Of a DNA stretch of 64,000 nt, positions 20,833 through 31,894 are shown piece after piece. Made by a program: the position numbers and the translations under genes. A model generated the notes under the pieces. The model was not told the origin of the DNA. It searched no databases and saw only the letters and a list, made by a program, of their open reading frames with translations. Where the stretch lies: positions 4,416,001 to 4,480,000 of the forward strand of contig CBDCNP010000002.1 in the NCBI GenBank assembly GCA_965219415.1, given 5' to 3'. The DNA is from Candidatus Marinacidobacterales bacterium. GTDB taxonomy: Bacteria > Acidobacteriota > Vicinamibacteria > Marinacidobacterales > DATDRI01. Position 1 is the stretch's first letter, and each line of letters begins with the position of its first letter.

Positions 20833-21919
20833 GGCGTTGTTGCACCGCTCTTGGCTGAGCGCGAAATCTACCTATGGTGGTGGCCGAGGTAATGTTCGAC
20901 CATGAAGTATCCCAAGCGCAGCCAGTACAAACACGCGAAACAGAAGAAGTACCACGTTTCCAACTGGGCGGAATACAACGAAGGGCTGCGCCGCCGGGGC
21001 GATTTGAAGGTCTGGTTTGACGAGGAGGCAATCGCGAACTGGAAGGCCGACAAGAGCGGTAAGCCTGGCGGTCAACGGGTCTATTCAGAGATGGCGATTG
21101 AAACGGGCCTGGTTGTCCGGATGGTGTACAAGCTTGCCTACCGCCAAACCGAAGGCTTCTTGCACTCGATCGCCTCGCTTCTCCGGCTGTGTATCGAGAT
21201 CCCGGACTACTCGACGTTGTGTCGGCGGTCGAGGCTGCTCCGCAAGAAGCTGCGGATTCGAAAAGCCGCAAGCAATCAACCAATCCACCTGATGATCGAT
21301 AGCACGGGCTTGAGGATTCATGTTGGAACCACCCGCAAACCGCCAAAGCAGCGCGCCTGGCGCAAGTTGCACATCGCCGTTGATCGCAAGACCGGCAACA
21401 TTGTTGCGTCCGAACTGACGGCGTCACGAGCTCGCGACGCAACGCGAGTCCCCCCTTTGCTAACACAGATTCAAGCACCTATAGCGTCGGTGGCGGCGGA
21501 CAGTGCATACGACAAGGAAGCGGTCTACGAAGCCATCGAAGCGCACAGCCCTGGACGAAGGACGCGCGTGGTGATTCCGCCGCAACGAAACGCCACGCTC
21601 AGTCAGAATTCGAACACCGCCATGCGGGAACGCGACCGCCATATTCGTGCAATCGAAAGACACGGCCGACGTGAATGGTACAAGCTCTCAGGCTGCACCG
21701 AGCGAAGCATGGTGGAGAACGCGGTCTATCGTTACAAGGCGATCATGGGGCCCGAGATGCGGGCTCGAACGTTGGCGAGGCAACGAGTTGAACACCGAAT
21801 TGGGTGTGAGATACTCAACAAGATGACCGCGCTCGGCATGCCCGATACTTACTGCGCCGGGTGACTCTCCGACCGGCACAGGGAGGTCAGCGATTTGCGC
21901 CGGGCCGTGCAACAACGCC
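20833..21919 (+). mobile_element. IS5 family (IS903 group) element, 13-bp TIR GGCGTTGTTGCAC
   Basis: Perfect TIRs; the two flanks belong to different truncated genes and there is no direct repeat. Confidence 0.93.
20902..21864 (+). CDS. IS5/IS903-type transposase
   Basis: NWAEYNEGLRRRG, PDYSTLCRR, IDSTGL, WRKLH, ADSAYD, RSMVENA. Confidence 0.94.
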   Translation: MKYPKRSQYKHAKQKKYHVSNWAEYNEGLRRRGDLKVWFDEEAIANWKADKSGKPGGQRVYSEMAIETGLVVRMVYKLAYRQTEGFLHSIASLLRLCIEIPDYSTLCRRSRLLRKKLRIRKAASNQPIHLMIDSTGLRIHVGTTRKPPKQRAWRKLHIAVDRKTGNIVASELTASRARDATRVPPLLTQIQAPIASVAADSAYDKEAVYEAIEAHSPGRRTRVVIPPQRNATLSQNSNTAMRERDRHIRAIERHGRREWYKLSGCTERSMVENAVYRYKAIMGPEMRARTLARQRVEHRIGCEILNKMTALGMPDTYCAG

Positions 21920-22917
21920 GCAGCAGCCTCCTCGAAGCGATTCTCCGCGAGAAGCTCCTGGCCTTTACCGAATGAGGCCGTCGCCCGCATTTTCTGCTCA
22001 CGCCGCCGCGCCTCCTGATCACTCTGGGACTTGAACCGCTCGAGATGAGCCCGTGCTTCTTCGGTGCGTCCTTGTTGGTTCAGAAGTTTCCCCAGTGCGA
22101 ACGAGGCTTCCGACATCTCGGGCGAAAGCTCGGACGCCCGTCGGAATGCGGTCATCGCTTCTTCCGGCTGCCCACGCTTCTCTAAGAGCATTCCGAGCTC
22201 GTAATGCGCCCTCGCGTTCTCGGGATCGAGCGCGAGCGCTTTCTGATAGCTCTCCAAGGCTAAAGCGATGGCATCTCGTTGCTTCGCCTCTAAACGAGCC
22301 CGAAGCAACCAACCCCCGGCATGATCCGACTCCGAACGAAGCAGACGTTCGAGCACCCCCAGCGCCTCAGTCGTCTGATCCTGCTCGCCCAATGCACCGG
22401 CCAGATAGTAGAGGGCGTTTGGATCGTCCGGGTTCATCTCGAGAAACGAGCCTAAGGCGCGCGCGGATTTGTCGAACTCTTCACCTCGAAGGTAAGAGAT
22501 TCCGAGACTCAAATACGCTTGGCTCAAAGCGGGGTCCAGACGGATAGAGTTCTCATAACCCGCTATCGCCTCGCTCATGTTTCCCAAGGTGTCAAAGATC
22601 GCGCCCCGGAGAAAATGATAGGGCGCCTTGTCCGGATCCAGCACCAGCGCTTGTTCCACCGCCGCTAAGGCGTCGAGAAGCAACTCCTGTTCGAAAAGAA
22701 CGCGGGCCAGGACGTAATGAACACCGGAGGAATCCGGCCTGATGCGGGCCGCTTGCCGAAAGGCGGTGGCCGCCTCTTCGAGGCGTCCTTCCCGGCGGGC
22801 CTCGAGGGCTTGTGTCATGAGAGTTTCAAAGTCACGGGCTTCCTGCTTGCCGGCGCACGGCACAACCAGCAACAGCAAACAAACCATCTGGATGGAGAAC
22901 GGCTGGAGTATCGCCAT
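21920..22917 (-). pseudogene. Exported TPR-repeat protein, C-terminus removed by IS5
   Basis: Signal peptide and multiple TPR repeats; the ORF reads on into IS5. Confidence 0.85.
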
Positions 22918-23063
22918 AAGAGGAGACTCCCTGGGCCTTACCGGGGGCGCCCTGAACAATATTCTAGCAGCTCTTGCCGATCCACCGGCGCTCTAGAATC
23001 TGCTCCGCGCGTGTCTGTCTTGGAGCTTTTGCGCCTACGCTTGCCTCCCCGGCAGGATTCTAA

Positions 23064-23172
23064 GATACTCCTCGACATGATCGAGCGAGGTAAGCTGGGA
23101 AGGAAATCAGGAGCGGGTTTCTATAATTATCCCAACCCCGCCTTCGAGAAACCGGGCTGGCTCAAAGGCTAG
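23064..23172 (+). pseudogene. 3' stub of 3-hydroxyacyl-CoA dehydrogenase
   Basis: MIERGKLGRKSGAGFYNYP C-terminal motif. Confidence 0.75.
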
Positions 23173-23180
23173 CCGCTTAC

Positions 23181-24610
23181 ATGCACGAAACGCCTTCGTT
23201 CTCGGCACCCGTTCAGCTTCGCAAGATTCTCCGCGGGCACGACGTTCTTGGCCTCGCCTTCGGGGCGATGGTTGGCTGGGGGTGGGTCGTTCTGGCGCGC
23301 GAGATGATCGATCGCGCCGGCACGCTTGGCTCCGCCCTGGCCTTCGTCGTGGGCGCCGTCATGGTGCTGCTGGTCGGGCTGACCTACGCCGAGCTCACCT
23401 CTGCCCTTTCGCGCGCCGGCGGCGAGCTCAGCTTCACCTACCTCGGTCTTGGCCCGAAAGCATCGTACTTTTGCGGATGGTCGCTGGTTCTTGCCTACCT
23501 AGCGGTCTGCGCTTTCGAAGCGGTGGCGCTTCCGACCGTGGTCGGCTACGTCTTTGAGGATTTCGACAAGGGTTACTTGTACACGGTCGCCGGATGGGAC
23601 GTCCACTTGAGCTGGCTGGTGCTCGGCATCGTGGGCACCGGGCTGATCGGTGCCATCAACTACTTCGGGATACGCATCGCCTCCTTTCTGCAATGGTCCG
23701 CGACGGCGCTGCTCTTTCTGATCGGGCTTTCCTTTTTCATTCCCGGCAACATCCGCGGAGACCTCAGCAACCTGGTTCCATACTTCACCAGCACCGAGGG
23801 CTTCCTCCGTGTGGTCATCATGACGCCTTTCTTGTTCCTGGGGTTCGACGTCATTCCCCAGGTGGCGGAGGAAGTAGACATCCCGTTTCGCGCCGTGGGC
23901 CGGCTGATTTTGGTTTCCATCTGTCTCGCCCTCGGCTGGTACGTGCTCGTTCAATGGACGGTGGGGTTGACGCTGGATCAACAAGCCCTAGCTCATACGG
24001 AGCTCGCGACAGCCGATGCGATGAGCACGGTGTATCGAGCCCTTGGGCGGCACGAGTCCTCATCTTCGGTGGACTCTTGGGAATCCTCACCAGTTGGAAC
24101 GCTTTTTTCATCGGCTCCTCCCGATTGATGTTCGCCATGTCGCGAGGCGGGATGCCTCCCGAAATGTTCTCGCGTCTTCACCCCCGTTATGAGTCACCGG
24201 TGGCGGTCATCATTCTTGTCACCTTGGTGACAGCTCTTTCGCTTTTCTTCGGACGACGAGCATTGGTCTGGTTCGTAGACGCGGGAGGGCTGGCCGCGGT
24301 CCTGGCCTACTTCTTCGTTACGGTCTCGTTTCTGACCATCCGCGGGAAGTACCCCACGCTCGATCGGCCGTATCGAGTGCCCGCGGCACGCCTGGTCGGC
24401 ACCCTCGCCGTCTTGAGCACGGTGCTCTTCGTTCTCCTCTACCTGCCCGGTAGCCCTTCCGCGCTACTTTGGCCGGAGGAGTGGATCATCGTCCTCGCCT
24501 GGGCGGTTCTCGGTCTCGTTTTCTTCACCGGAGCACGAAAGCGTGCCGCCGCCATGGGGGCCAAGGCGCAAAGAGAAGCCATTCTGGGACCTTACGCGAA
24601 GAAAATCTGA
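23181..24610 (+). pseudogene. APC-family amino acid permease, frameshifted near 24035
   Basis: GAMVGWGW, YAEL...GG and GFDVIPQVAEE in one frame; SRLMFAMSR...LHPRYESP in the next. Could be a sequencing error. Confidence 0.85.
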
Positions 24611-24640
24611 GCGTGGAACTTCCTTGGAATTGAGCTGAGC

Positions 24641-25048
24641 GTGGCTATAGACTTCCCCCGGAGCGTCGGCCACCTGTTGCGCCATCAAGCCGAGCGCTTC
24701 GGTGAGACAATCCTTGGACGTACTGGCGGTGCGAGAGGATCTCCTCAACCTTCAGTACACGTCGGGGACGACGGGTTTTCCCAAGGGGTGCATGCTCCAA
24801 GAGGTCAAGGCGTTCGTTCAACTTCGACCCGATGAGACTAGAGAAACGGTGCCACCGACGGAGCTTCTCGATTTCGTACGACAGAGAATCGCCCCTTTTA
24901 CGCGTGCTCATCATCACCGGTCAGGGACGCGCCTTCTGCGCCGGTGAAGACTTGAAGGAGCTCGACGCCCTGCTCCAAGGTCAGAACGTCCGAGAAAAGT
25001 GTGCGGGCATTCATTGAGAAGCGCCCTCCGATCTATCGAGGGGTCTAA
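24641..25048 (+). pseudogene. Telescoped remnants of an acyl-CoA synthetase and an enoyl-CoA hydratase
   Basis: Five short blocks: N-terminus, LQYTSGTTGFPKGCM, EVKAFVQLR..., IITGQGRAFCAGEDL, AFIEKRPPIYRG-stop. Confidence 0.8.
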
Positions 25049-25069
25049 GCGCATCTACCTATTCAAGCG

Positions 25070-25552
25070 ATGACAACGCACCGAAACTACTGGCTAATGA
25101 AAAGCGAGCCCAACGTCTACAGCATCGACGATCTCAAGAAGGAGCGCTCGACCTACTGGAACGGGGTTCGGAATTTCAAGGCCCGCAACTATATGAAGGA
25201 GATGAAGGTGGGCGACGGGGTTTTTTTTTACCACTCCAACGCCGACCCCAAAGGCATCGTCGGCTTGGCTCGCGTCCGCAAAGAGGCCTATCCTGACTTC
25301 ACCCAGTACGACAAGAAGAACAAGTACTTCGAGCCCCGGGCAACCAAAGAGAAGCCCTATTGGTACATGGTGGACATCGAGTTCGTCTCGAAGTTCAAAG
25401 AGCCCGCCACGCTGCAAGAGCTTCGCGAGACCCGAGAGCTGGAGGGAATGTCTCTGCTCAAGAAGGGGCAGAGGCTCTCGGTGCAACGGGTGACGCCCGA
25501 GGAGTGGAAGAAGATCTGTAAGATGGCCGGCGCCGAGTTCCCCGGCGACTAA
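25070..25552 (+). CDS. EVE domain protein
   Basis: YWLMKSEP, WNGVRNFKARN, MKVGDGVFFYHS, RLSVQRVTPEEW. Confidence 0.95.
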   Translation: MTTHRNYWLMKSEPNVYSIDDLKKERSTYWNGVRNFKARNYMKEMKVGDGVFFYHSNADPKGIVGLARVRKEAYPDFTQYDKKNKYFEPRATKEKPYWYMVDIEFVSKFKEPATLQELRETRELEGMSLLKKGQRLSVQRVTPEEWKKICKMAGAEFPGD

Positions 25553-25557
25553 AAGTC

Positions 25558-25734
25558 GTGGTTTCAACGGGGCAGCCGGTGGGCCGGGTGGGCAATTCGG
25601 GTAACACGAGCGAGCCGCATCTCCACATGCACGCGGTACGCAACTGGGGTGACGACCTGCTCCGAAGCGGTGAAGGTGTGCCGATGTTGTTCGAGGGGCG
25701 CTTCTTGGTGCGTAACGACAGAGTGCGACGGTAG
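25558..25734 (+). pseudogene. 3' stub of an M23 peptidase
   Basis: Manual translation GQPVGRVGNSGNTSEPHLHMHA...RFLVRND-stop. Confidence 0.75.
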
Positions 25735-25829
25735 GCGTGCCTGTTTTCGCACCCACACGGAGGAGAATGCACCTCGACTCCCGTACTGATGGCAGTCAGA
25801 ATCTCAATTGTTGCACCACCCTTGGTCGG

Positions 25830-26004
25830 TCGGTTTCGGAGTGACGCGGTTAGGCGAACAAGCTGATCCCATTGGCCTCGAATAAGATCCGTATCAACGC
25901 TCGCCCGAAAGAGGGAATCGAGGTCTCCGCACACCGCAGCGCGGTCAAGCTTGTAGAGCGGTTGGTCTTTGAGATCCTTGAGGCGAGGCATGAACGAATA
26001 ACCC
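25830..26004 (-). pseudogene. Internal fragment of a Tn3-family transposase
   Basis: FMPRLKDLKDQPLY...IRGQWDQLVRLTASL. Confidence 0.7.
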
Positions 26005-26038
26005 CGTCGTGTGCCAAAACTCGGCCCTTTTGAAATAG
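26005..26038 (+). repeat. A end (E-like tip CGTCGTGTGCC), interrupted by IS3
   Basis: Direct sequence match to A. Confidence 0.88.
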
Positions 26039-26905
26039 TGAAGTGACCCCGCTTTCGTGGACAGGTTAAGAGTTAGGGATCAAGCGTCGCGATAGTACCT
26101 CCTTTCGAATTGGATAGGCGAGCAATAGTCGATGGCGGAGTGTCGTCGTCGCGGGTTGTACCAGCCTTCGATGAAATCGAAGGTCGCCATGCGCGCCTCA
26201 GCGTGGTAGCGAAACGACCGGCGCTCGATCAGCTCGCACTCGAGCGTCGCGAAGAAGCTCTCGCACATCGCATTGTCGTAACAGTCCCCGACCGAACCCA
26301 TCGACGGTCGCACCCCGGCCTCCCGGCATCGCTGGCCGAACGCTAGTGACGTGTACTGCGTGCCCTGGTCCGAGTGATGGATGACGTCGCCGGGCTTGCG
26401 TTGGAACAGCGCCATGTCGAGGGCGCTCAAGACGAGCGACGTCCGCAGGTGGGTAGCCATTGCCCATCCGACGATGCGTCGGCTGAAGGCGTCCAGCACG
26501 ACGGCGAGGAACAAGAAGCCCGACCACGTGGGCACGTAGGTGATATCGGCGACCCACAGGCGGTCGGGCCGGTCCACCTCGAAATTCCTGTCGACGAGAT
26601 CGGGGGCGGGACGGGCGTCGTCACAGCGAATCGTAGTGTGCGCCCTCTTGCGCCGGTGAACACCTTGAATGCCAGCCTCGCGCATCAGCCGCGCTACACG
26701 CTTGCGTGAGACGTGGAGCTCGTGTGTCTCTCGTAGCTCGTGGAGGATCCTCGGCGCGCCGTACGTGCTCCGCGACGCGGTGTGAATCGCCCGGATCTTC
26801 TCAAGCAACTCCGCATCCGACACCGCGCGGGCCGACGGGGCACGCTCAAGCCACGCATAGTAGCCGCTGGCGGAGACGTCCAGCAGTCGGCACATCGTGG
26901 CAACC
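26039..26905 (-). mobile_element. IS3-family element, orfB and right IR (TGAAGTGACCCCGCTTTCGTGGACA); 5' part cut by an A end
   Basis: ORF 26080-26895 with WVADITY, HHSDQG, DNAMCESFF; near-identical to the element at 63266. Confidence 0.93.
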
Positions 26906-27834
26906 CGTCCTGTGCCAAAACTCAGCCCTTTTGAAATAGGCCATAAATCAGCAGCTTAGTGTCTGTGTTTGCGACCGGGCTAAGGGCCGTGGGCTTTACA
27001 ATCGTCTGGCCCGAGGGTGTTATCTTCAGCTCCATGATGACCTACCACGTGCAATTCCTACTGCTCGTTCTGGCTGGCTGGGTCAACCGCCAGCAGCAGG
27101 ATGTGATCGACTACCAGCAAGAGGAGAACCGTGTGCTCCGAGCCGGGCTTCGGGGCAAGCGTCTCAGGCTCTCGGACGACGAGCGGCGCAGGCTCGCCGT
27201 CAAGGCCCAGGCCTTGGGCCGCGATGTGCTGGCCCAGATTGCCTCAGTTGCCACACCCTCTACGCTGCTGCGCTGGTATCGCTACCTCATCGCAGCCAAG
27301 TACGATGGCAGCAAGAACCGGAGCCCAGGCCGACCTCCCACGGCGAAGGACATCCGTGAGCTCATGGTACGCATGGCGCGGGAGAACCCGACGTGGGAAT
27401 ATACGCGCCTGCAGGGCGCACTCAAGAACCTTGGACATGAACTCGGACGCAACACCATCAAGAGGGTCCTCGCCGAGCACGGTATCGCGCCTGCCCCGGA
27501 GCGAGGCAAGAGCATGTCGTGGAGCACCTTCATCAAGGCTCATGGGGGCGCTATCGCCGCGACAGACCTGTTCACCGTCGAAGTGGTGAACCCGTTCGGG
27601 CTCGTCCGCTACCATGTCCTGTTTGTCATCGATATCGTCACCCGCTGCGTGTGCATCGGTGGGATAACTTCGGACCCCAACGGAGAGTGGATGAAGCAGG
27701 TAGCAAGAAACCTCACGCGGAAAGATTCGTTCTCTCCATACGTCGAGAATGTCTCGACCGCTTCGTACCTCTCAGTGAGGGACACCTGCGGACAGCGGTA
27801 ACCGAATACGTCGTGCACTATCACACAGAACGGA
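26906..27834 (+). mobile_element. IS-B: A end, leader, and an internally deleted, truncated rve transposase (start 27034)
   Basis: [41 protein letters not shown]; shows that A is the left end of this element. Confidence 0.88.
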
Positions 27835-28000
27835 GGTGCTTGCGCTGTTTACTGTTGGTGATGTGTACGCATCCCTTTGCAAAAAAGGCGCTTACGCTCC
27901 ATTTAGCGCGCAGCGAAGGTAACGAGCGCTATTTTGGCTGTAATTTAGTGCACCGTAAAGTCTTAGCGTTATCTCACCAACACTTAATGGCGGAAGCACC
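27835..28000. mobile_element. MITE D2 (166 bp), ends GGTGCTTGCG / GCGGAAGCACC
   Basis: Copies at 29506-29672, 49951-51584 (split), 52629-52794; partial copies at 42713 and 55090. Confidence 0.9.
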
Positions 28001-28078
28001 AATTTTCGAACACGACGACCTTCGTAAGCAGTGATTGCGCCGGCCCGGGGAGTGGTAGTATCATTTTGGTAGGTTCGA

Positions 28079-28807
28079 ATGAAACACATCAGACTGGTTG
28101 AGGCCTTCGTGCCAAAGAAAGATCGGTCGGAGGAACTGCGTCGCCAAGTAAACGAGCGCTATGGCGGCGAGGGTTTGACCCTCAGCGTAGGCTACCCAGA
28201 AGGGGAACCGGAGCTCGAAACAACGGAATCCGTCACCGCGCTCAGCCTTTCTGTACCCCAGCTCATCACGGATGCCGTGAAGGCCGAGCGGGAAGGGGTG
28301 GATGGAATCGTCGTCAACTGCATGGCCGATCCCGGCGTGCGGGAGATGCGCGAGAATGTTGCCATCCCGGTGCTCGGGCCCGGCCAAACCTCGATGCATG
28401 TGGCCACCTTGGTGGGGCGACGGTTTAGTCTCCTGGTGACCAGCGAGTTCTCTGCGCGTTATTTCGAGGAACAGGCGGAGAAGGTAGGGCTGGGCGCGCG
28501 GCTCGCATCCTGCGAAGTAGTTGGTATTCCGCCCGATGAGATAGGGGCCGATCCAGGACGAACCAAAGCTTTACTGGTCGAAGCGGCCCGGAGAGCGATC
28601 TGCGGAGCGAATGCTGACACGCTAGTGCTTTGCTGCACGGGGTTTGCATTTCTTGCCGGAGATCTCCGGAAGAAACTAGAGGCCATGAAGTTGAGCGTGC
28701 CCCTCATCGACCCGCTTGCCGTCACCATCCATACACTGGCGGTTCTCCTGGATGCTGGGCTCACCCACAGCCGAATCGCTTATCCCGGTATTCGTGCGTC
28801 CCCATAG
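28079..28807 (+). CDS. Hydantoin/Asp/Glu racemase family protein
   Basis: DGIVVNCMADPG, ADTLVLCCTGF, VPLIDP. Confidence 0.9.
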   Translation: MKHIRLVEAFVPKKDRSEELRRQVNERYGGEGLTLSVGYPEGEPELETTESVTALSLSVPQLITDAVKAEREGVDGIVVNCMADPGVREMRENVAIPVLGPGQTSMHVATLVGRRFSLLVTSEFSARYFEEQAEKVGLGARLASCEVVGIPPDEIGADPGRTKALLVEAARRAICGANADTLVLCCTGFAFLAGDLRKKLEAMKLSVPLIDPLAVTIHTLAVLLDAGLTHSRIAYPGIRASP

Positions 28808-28974
28808 TGTCCCATTAATCGGCCGAGCCTGGAACCCCGAGGTTTCGGCTATCCTCCCGGCATGGTCGATGCGATCGCCCTCTCCACTGATTCGACCTTG
28901 CCCTGAGGGCCTGCCTTCGGGAACGCGAGGCCGAGACCCTCGCGTACCTGCTCCAGGAGCACCGCACGCTTCGG

Positions 28975-29672
28975 TGTGCCTTCTATTTATTCATCCGCGT
29001 GCACCGAACTTGATTAGTCTCCGGTCTGCCAGCACCATGCCGGCATGATTTCGTCGTTGGTTCCCGCTCTCATCTCTGCCTTCAAGGCTCGTCGCGAGCT
29101 GGCTCTTGAGAATGTCGCTCTTCGACAGCAGCTCGCCGTCCTCCGCCGTTCGGTGAAACGCGTCGTGTCCAATAACACAAACGAACTCAAGATCCTTGCG
29201 CCGCCTTGGCCCGGTCGCAAACACAGACATCACCGAACGTTCGCTCCCTGGATTCTGTGCGGATTCCAAGGGCATCTAAGCTGCTGATTTGTGGTCTATT
29301 TCAAAAGGGCCGAGTTTTGGCACAGGACGCGGTCGCTGTCGAGAGCGAGCAGGATCTGAAATCCGGCTCTTGCGAACCCTTCGGAGAGCCCGCCGGCGCC
29401 GCAGAACAGATCCCGTGAGGTCAAAATACTCATGCGGCTTCCCGATGGTGGAAACGTAGCAACCCGCCAAGCCGTTCACGGGAGCGCACCTTGCGCTCGG
29501 ACTGAGGTGCTTGCGCTGTTTGCTGTTGGTGATGTGTACGTATCCCTTTGCAAAAAAAAGCGCTTACGCTCCATTTAGCGCGCGGCGAAGGTCGCGAGCG
29601 CTATTTTGGCTGTAATTTAATGCAGCGTGAAGTCTTAGCGTCATCTCACCAACACTTAATGGCAGAAGCACC
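28975..29672. repeat. Linker cluster: IS-C stub (28975-29160), E-A MITE (29161-29329), IS-D right end (29414-29505), MITE D2 (29506-29672)
   Basis: Each module matches copies elsewhere in the window. Confidence 0.88.
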
Positions 29673-29704
29673 ACACCCTGAGAGATGCTCCCTAGCCCAT
29701 CGGC

Positions 29705-30097
29705 CTAACCGGATAGGTCGATCCGCAGCGCGGTATGGCGAGCCAGCACGTCGAAGTCGCTGTCGTGGTGAAGGATGGCCGCACCGGCGCGAATGGCGAC
29801 CGAGCCGATGAGACAGTCAATCAGCCTGCGAACGGTCTCGCCCTCACGCCGGCAAAGGCGATACAGAGCAGCCGCTTCCTCATAGTCTGCTGGCTCGGTC
29901 GGCAGAATGCTTGCCCGCGCGAGGAGACCGCGCAAGTGCCGCAGGTGCCGTTCGTCCCGCGCGCCAGCGAGTACCTCCATGCGGATTGCGTCGCAAACCG
30001 CTACCTCACCTTCCAGAACCGCCTCGACGCGGTTGCAGGCAGTTGACCCCGTGTCGCGAAGAAACTCGATCCATGCCGATGTGTCGATCAGGATCAC
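29705..30097 (-). CDS. vapC: PIN-domain toxin
   Basis: MILIDTSAWIEF, E, DCLI, HHDSDF. Confidence 0.93.
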   Translation of the reverse strand: MILIDTSAWIEFLRDTGSTACNRVEAVLEGEVAVCDAIRMEVLAGARDERHLRHLRGLLARASILPTEPADYEEAAALYRLCRREGETVRRLIDCLIGSVAIRAGAAILHHDSDFDVLARHTALRIDLSG

Positions 30098-30297
30098 GTC
30101 GTGCGACCGGATCGCAAATCATTGAGGTCGCCTTCCCAGCCGGACCCACGCAGCCGCCGGGCATCGTCGATGTCGAGAGGTTCCGCCGCCACCGCCCGCA
30201 ACGCGAAATTGACCGCCTCGCGCTTCGTCCTCAGTCGGTAACGGCGCATCACCTCTGCACAGGCTTCCTCGTCAATATCTACATTGGTACGCGCCAT
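30094..30297 (-). CDS. vapB: VapB-family antitoxin
   Basis: MARTNVDIDE...TKREAVNFALR...GWEGDL; overlaps the vapC start. Confidence 0.9.
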   Translation of the reverse strand: MARTNVDIDEEACAEVMRRYRLRTKREAVNFALRAVAAEPLDIDDARRLRGSGWEGDLNDLRSGRTT

Positions 30298-30364
30298 GTG
30301 CTAAGCATACACCATAAATTGGCCCGGGTTCACCAAGCTCACGCCATTGATGAAATCCTCTTCC

Positions 30365-30805
30365 CGTCCTGTGCCAAAACTCGGCTGTCCATCATCATTA
30401 TTAATCCGGGACTGGACTCTAGGGCCCGGACCGCCCTCGAGCACATGCTGGAGAGCGTGGTCAGCGCGCGAGGGAAGGTGCTGAGGACGAACTTCTCGGC
30501 GACCAGCCGAGTAACGCGAGCGACCAAGCTGACTCAGGCTGCCTCTCGCCACTCGTATCGATGGTGCAGTCCACCGACTCGCGGCAGTGCGACTACTTTC
30601 GCCGTAGGAGACGGTCGGTGCGTGACCGTTCTCAAGCTCGGTGTGTCCTTGTTCAGCCCCAAGTGGCAACGGTCCTCATGATAGTAGCTGATGTAAGCTC
30701 GCACGAGCCGGATGAGATGACATGCACCGAGAACCACGACGTGCTCAAGGAGCTCGCGACGGCAGCTGCCGACCCACCGCTCCGCGGTTCCGTTTTGCCA
30801 TGGGG
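30365..30805 (-). mobile_element. 21-bp A stub followed by an IS-A 3' fragment with right end (30386-30805)
   Basis: Matches the 3' part of IS-A starting at 9418. Confidence 0.9.
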
Positions 30806-30806
30806 C

Positions 30807-31097
30807 GGTGCTTCCGCAGTCAAGTGTTGGCGGGCCGCCGCGTAACCTGTTCGCGTGCTAGAATTTTAGCCTGATTTCGAGAGGCGCAGTTCTTTCGTCA
30901 ATGCCGGCTGGGCCGAGTTTTGGCACAGGACGGCATAGAGTCCGTGTGCGCCCCGCCTATCGCGGAGCACCCGTGGCCGAATCACGGCGGAGGACAACGA
31001 TGGAGCCTGACCAGAAGCCCGCTGCGCTGAACGGTTCCCCCGCTGATGCTCAGGGTGCCGACCATAATAATGATGAAGGTCACGCAACCGAAGCACC
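30807..31097 (-). mobile_element. Composite MITE G-H (291 bp): D-type ends outside, A end internal at 30932
   Basis: Ends GGTGCTTCGG and GCGGAAGCACC; circular permutation of 42383-42676. Confidence 0.85.
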
Positions 31098-31126
31098 GGA
31101 AATTTCCTAATTCCATGCCCCCTCCA

Positions 31127-31894
31127 CTAGAATCTGAACCTGATGCCGCCTCCTGCCCGTAAACCGCCAGCAGTGAACGACACGGCTTCGCTTCCATCTG
31201 GCATCACCTCGATGGCCGCTTGGCTGAAGCGGGCCATGAATGAAACCCCGATCGATTCAGTCACGTAGTACGCGATACCAGCGCCCGTGTTGAACCCTAT
31301 CGCGATATCCTTCATGGTCACCCGGCTTGCTCCCGTCAGCGACAGGTCGTCAAACGGATATTCGGAAGCGCTGATGGCTTCTTCGATGACCTCCGTCTCC
31401 GTGGAGAAAATGCTCGGCCCAACGAATAGATCGATCTCGACCCGGGCCACGGCAATCCGGTACGCGAAGCCAAGGTGGACGGCGAGCTCAGAGTGCTCGA
31501 GCCCATCAACCGCCATGCTCGCGGTGCGTGGTCTGTCGAAAAACAAGGGATGCGGTACGGACACGTCCAGGTTTGCGTCGTGACCAACCTTGACGGCTTC
31601 TAAGCTTCCGAGTAGCGCAAACTTCGTGGTCAGCGCGAACGCCCCTCCGAACTCGAATGCCGTTCCGGTACCGCCTGAGTATGTCCCTCTGGTGGAGCCT
31701 AACTCCAGGAACTGAGTGGAGCTGGATCCGACCTCGAAAGTCCTGGCCGTGGGCTGGTAGCTCCCGTGGACAAAGATCTGGATCTTCCTCTTGGCTTGGC
31801 TGGAATCCGGCTCGTCCTGACCTCGGACGATGGATGGGGCCAGTACGAGCAGGATGACGGCCACCGCCCTCACTGCACACCTACCGCGTTCCAC
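31127..31894 (-). CDS. Outer-membrane beta-barrel protein
   Basis: Signal peptide, amphipathic strands, terminal GGGIRFRF. Confidence 0.8.
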   Translation of the reverse strand: MERGRCAVRAVAVILLVLAPSIVRGQDEPDSSQAKRKIQIFVHGSYQPTARTFEVGSSSTQFLELGSTRGTYSGGTGTAFEFGGAFALTTKFALLGSLEAVKVGHDANLDVSVPHPLFFDRPRTASMAVDGLEHSELAVHLGFAYRIAVARVEIDLFVGPSIFSTETEVIEEAISASEYPFDDLSLTGASRVTMKDIAIGFNTGAGIAYYVTESIGVSFMARFSQAAIEVMPDGSEAVSFTAGGLRAGGGIRFRF

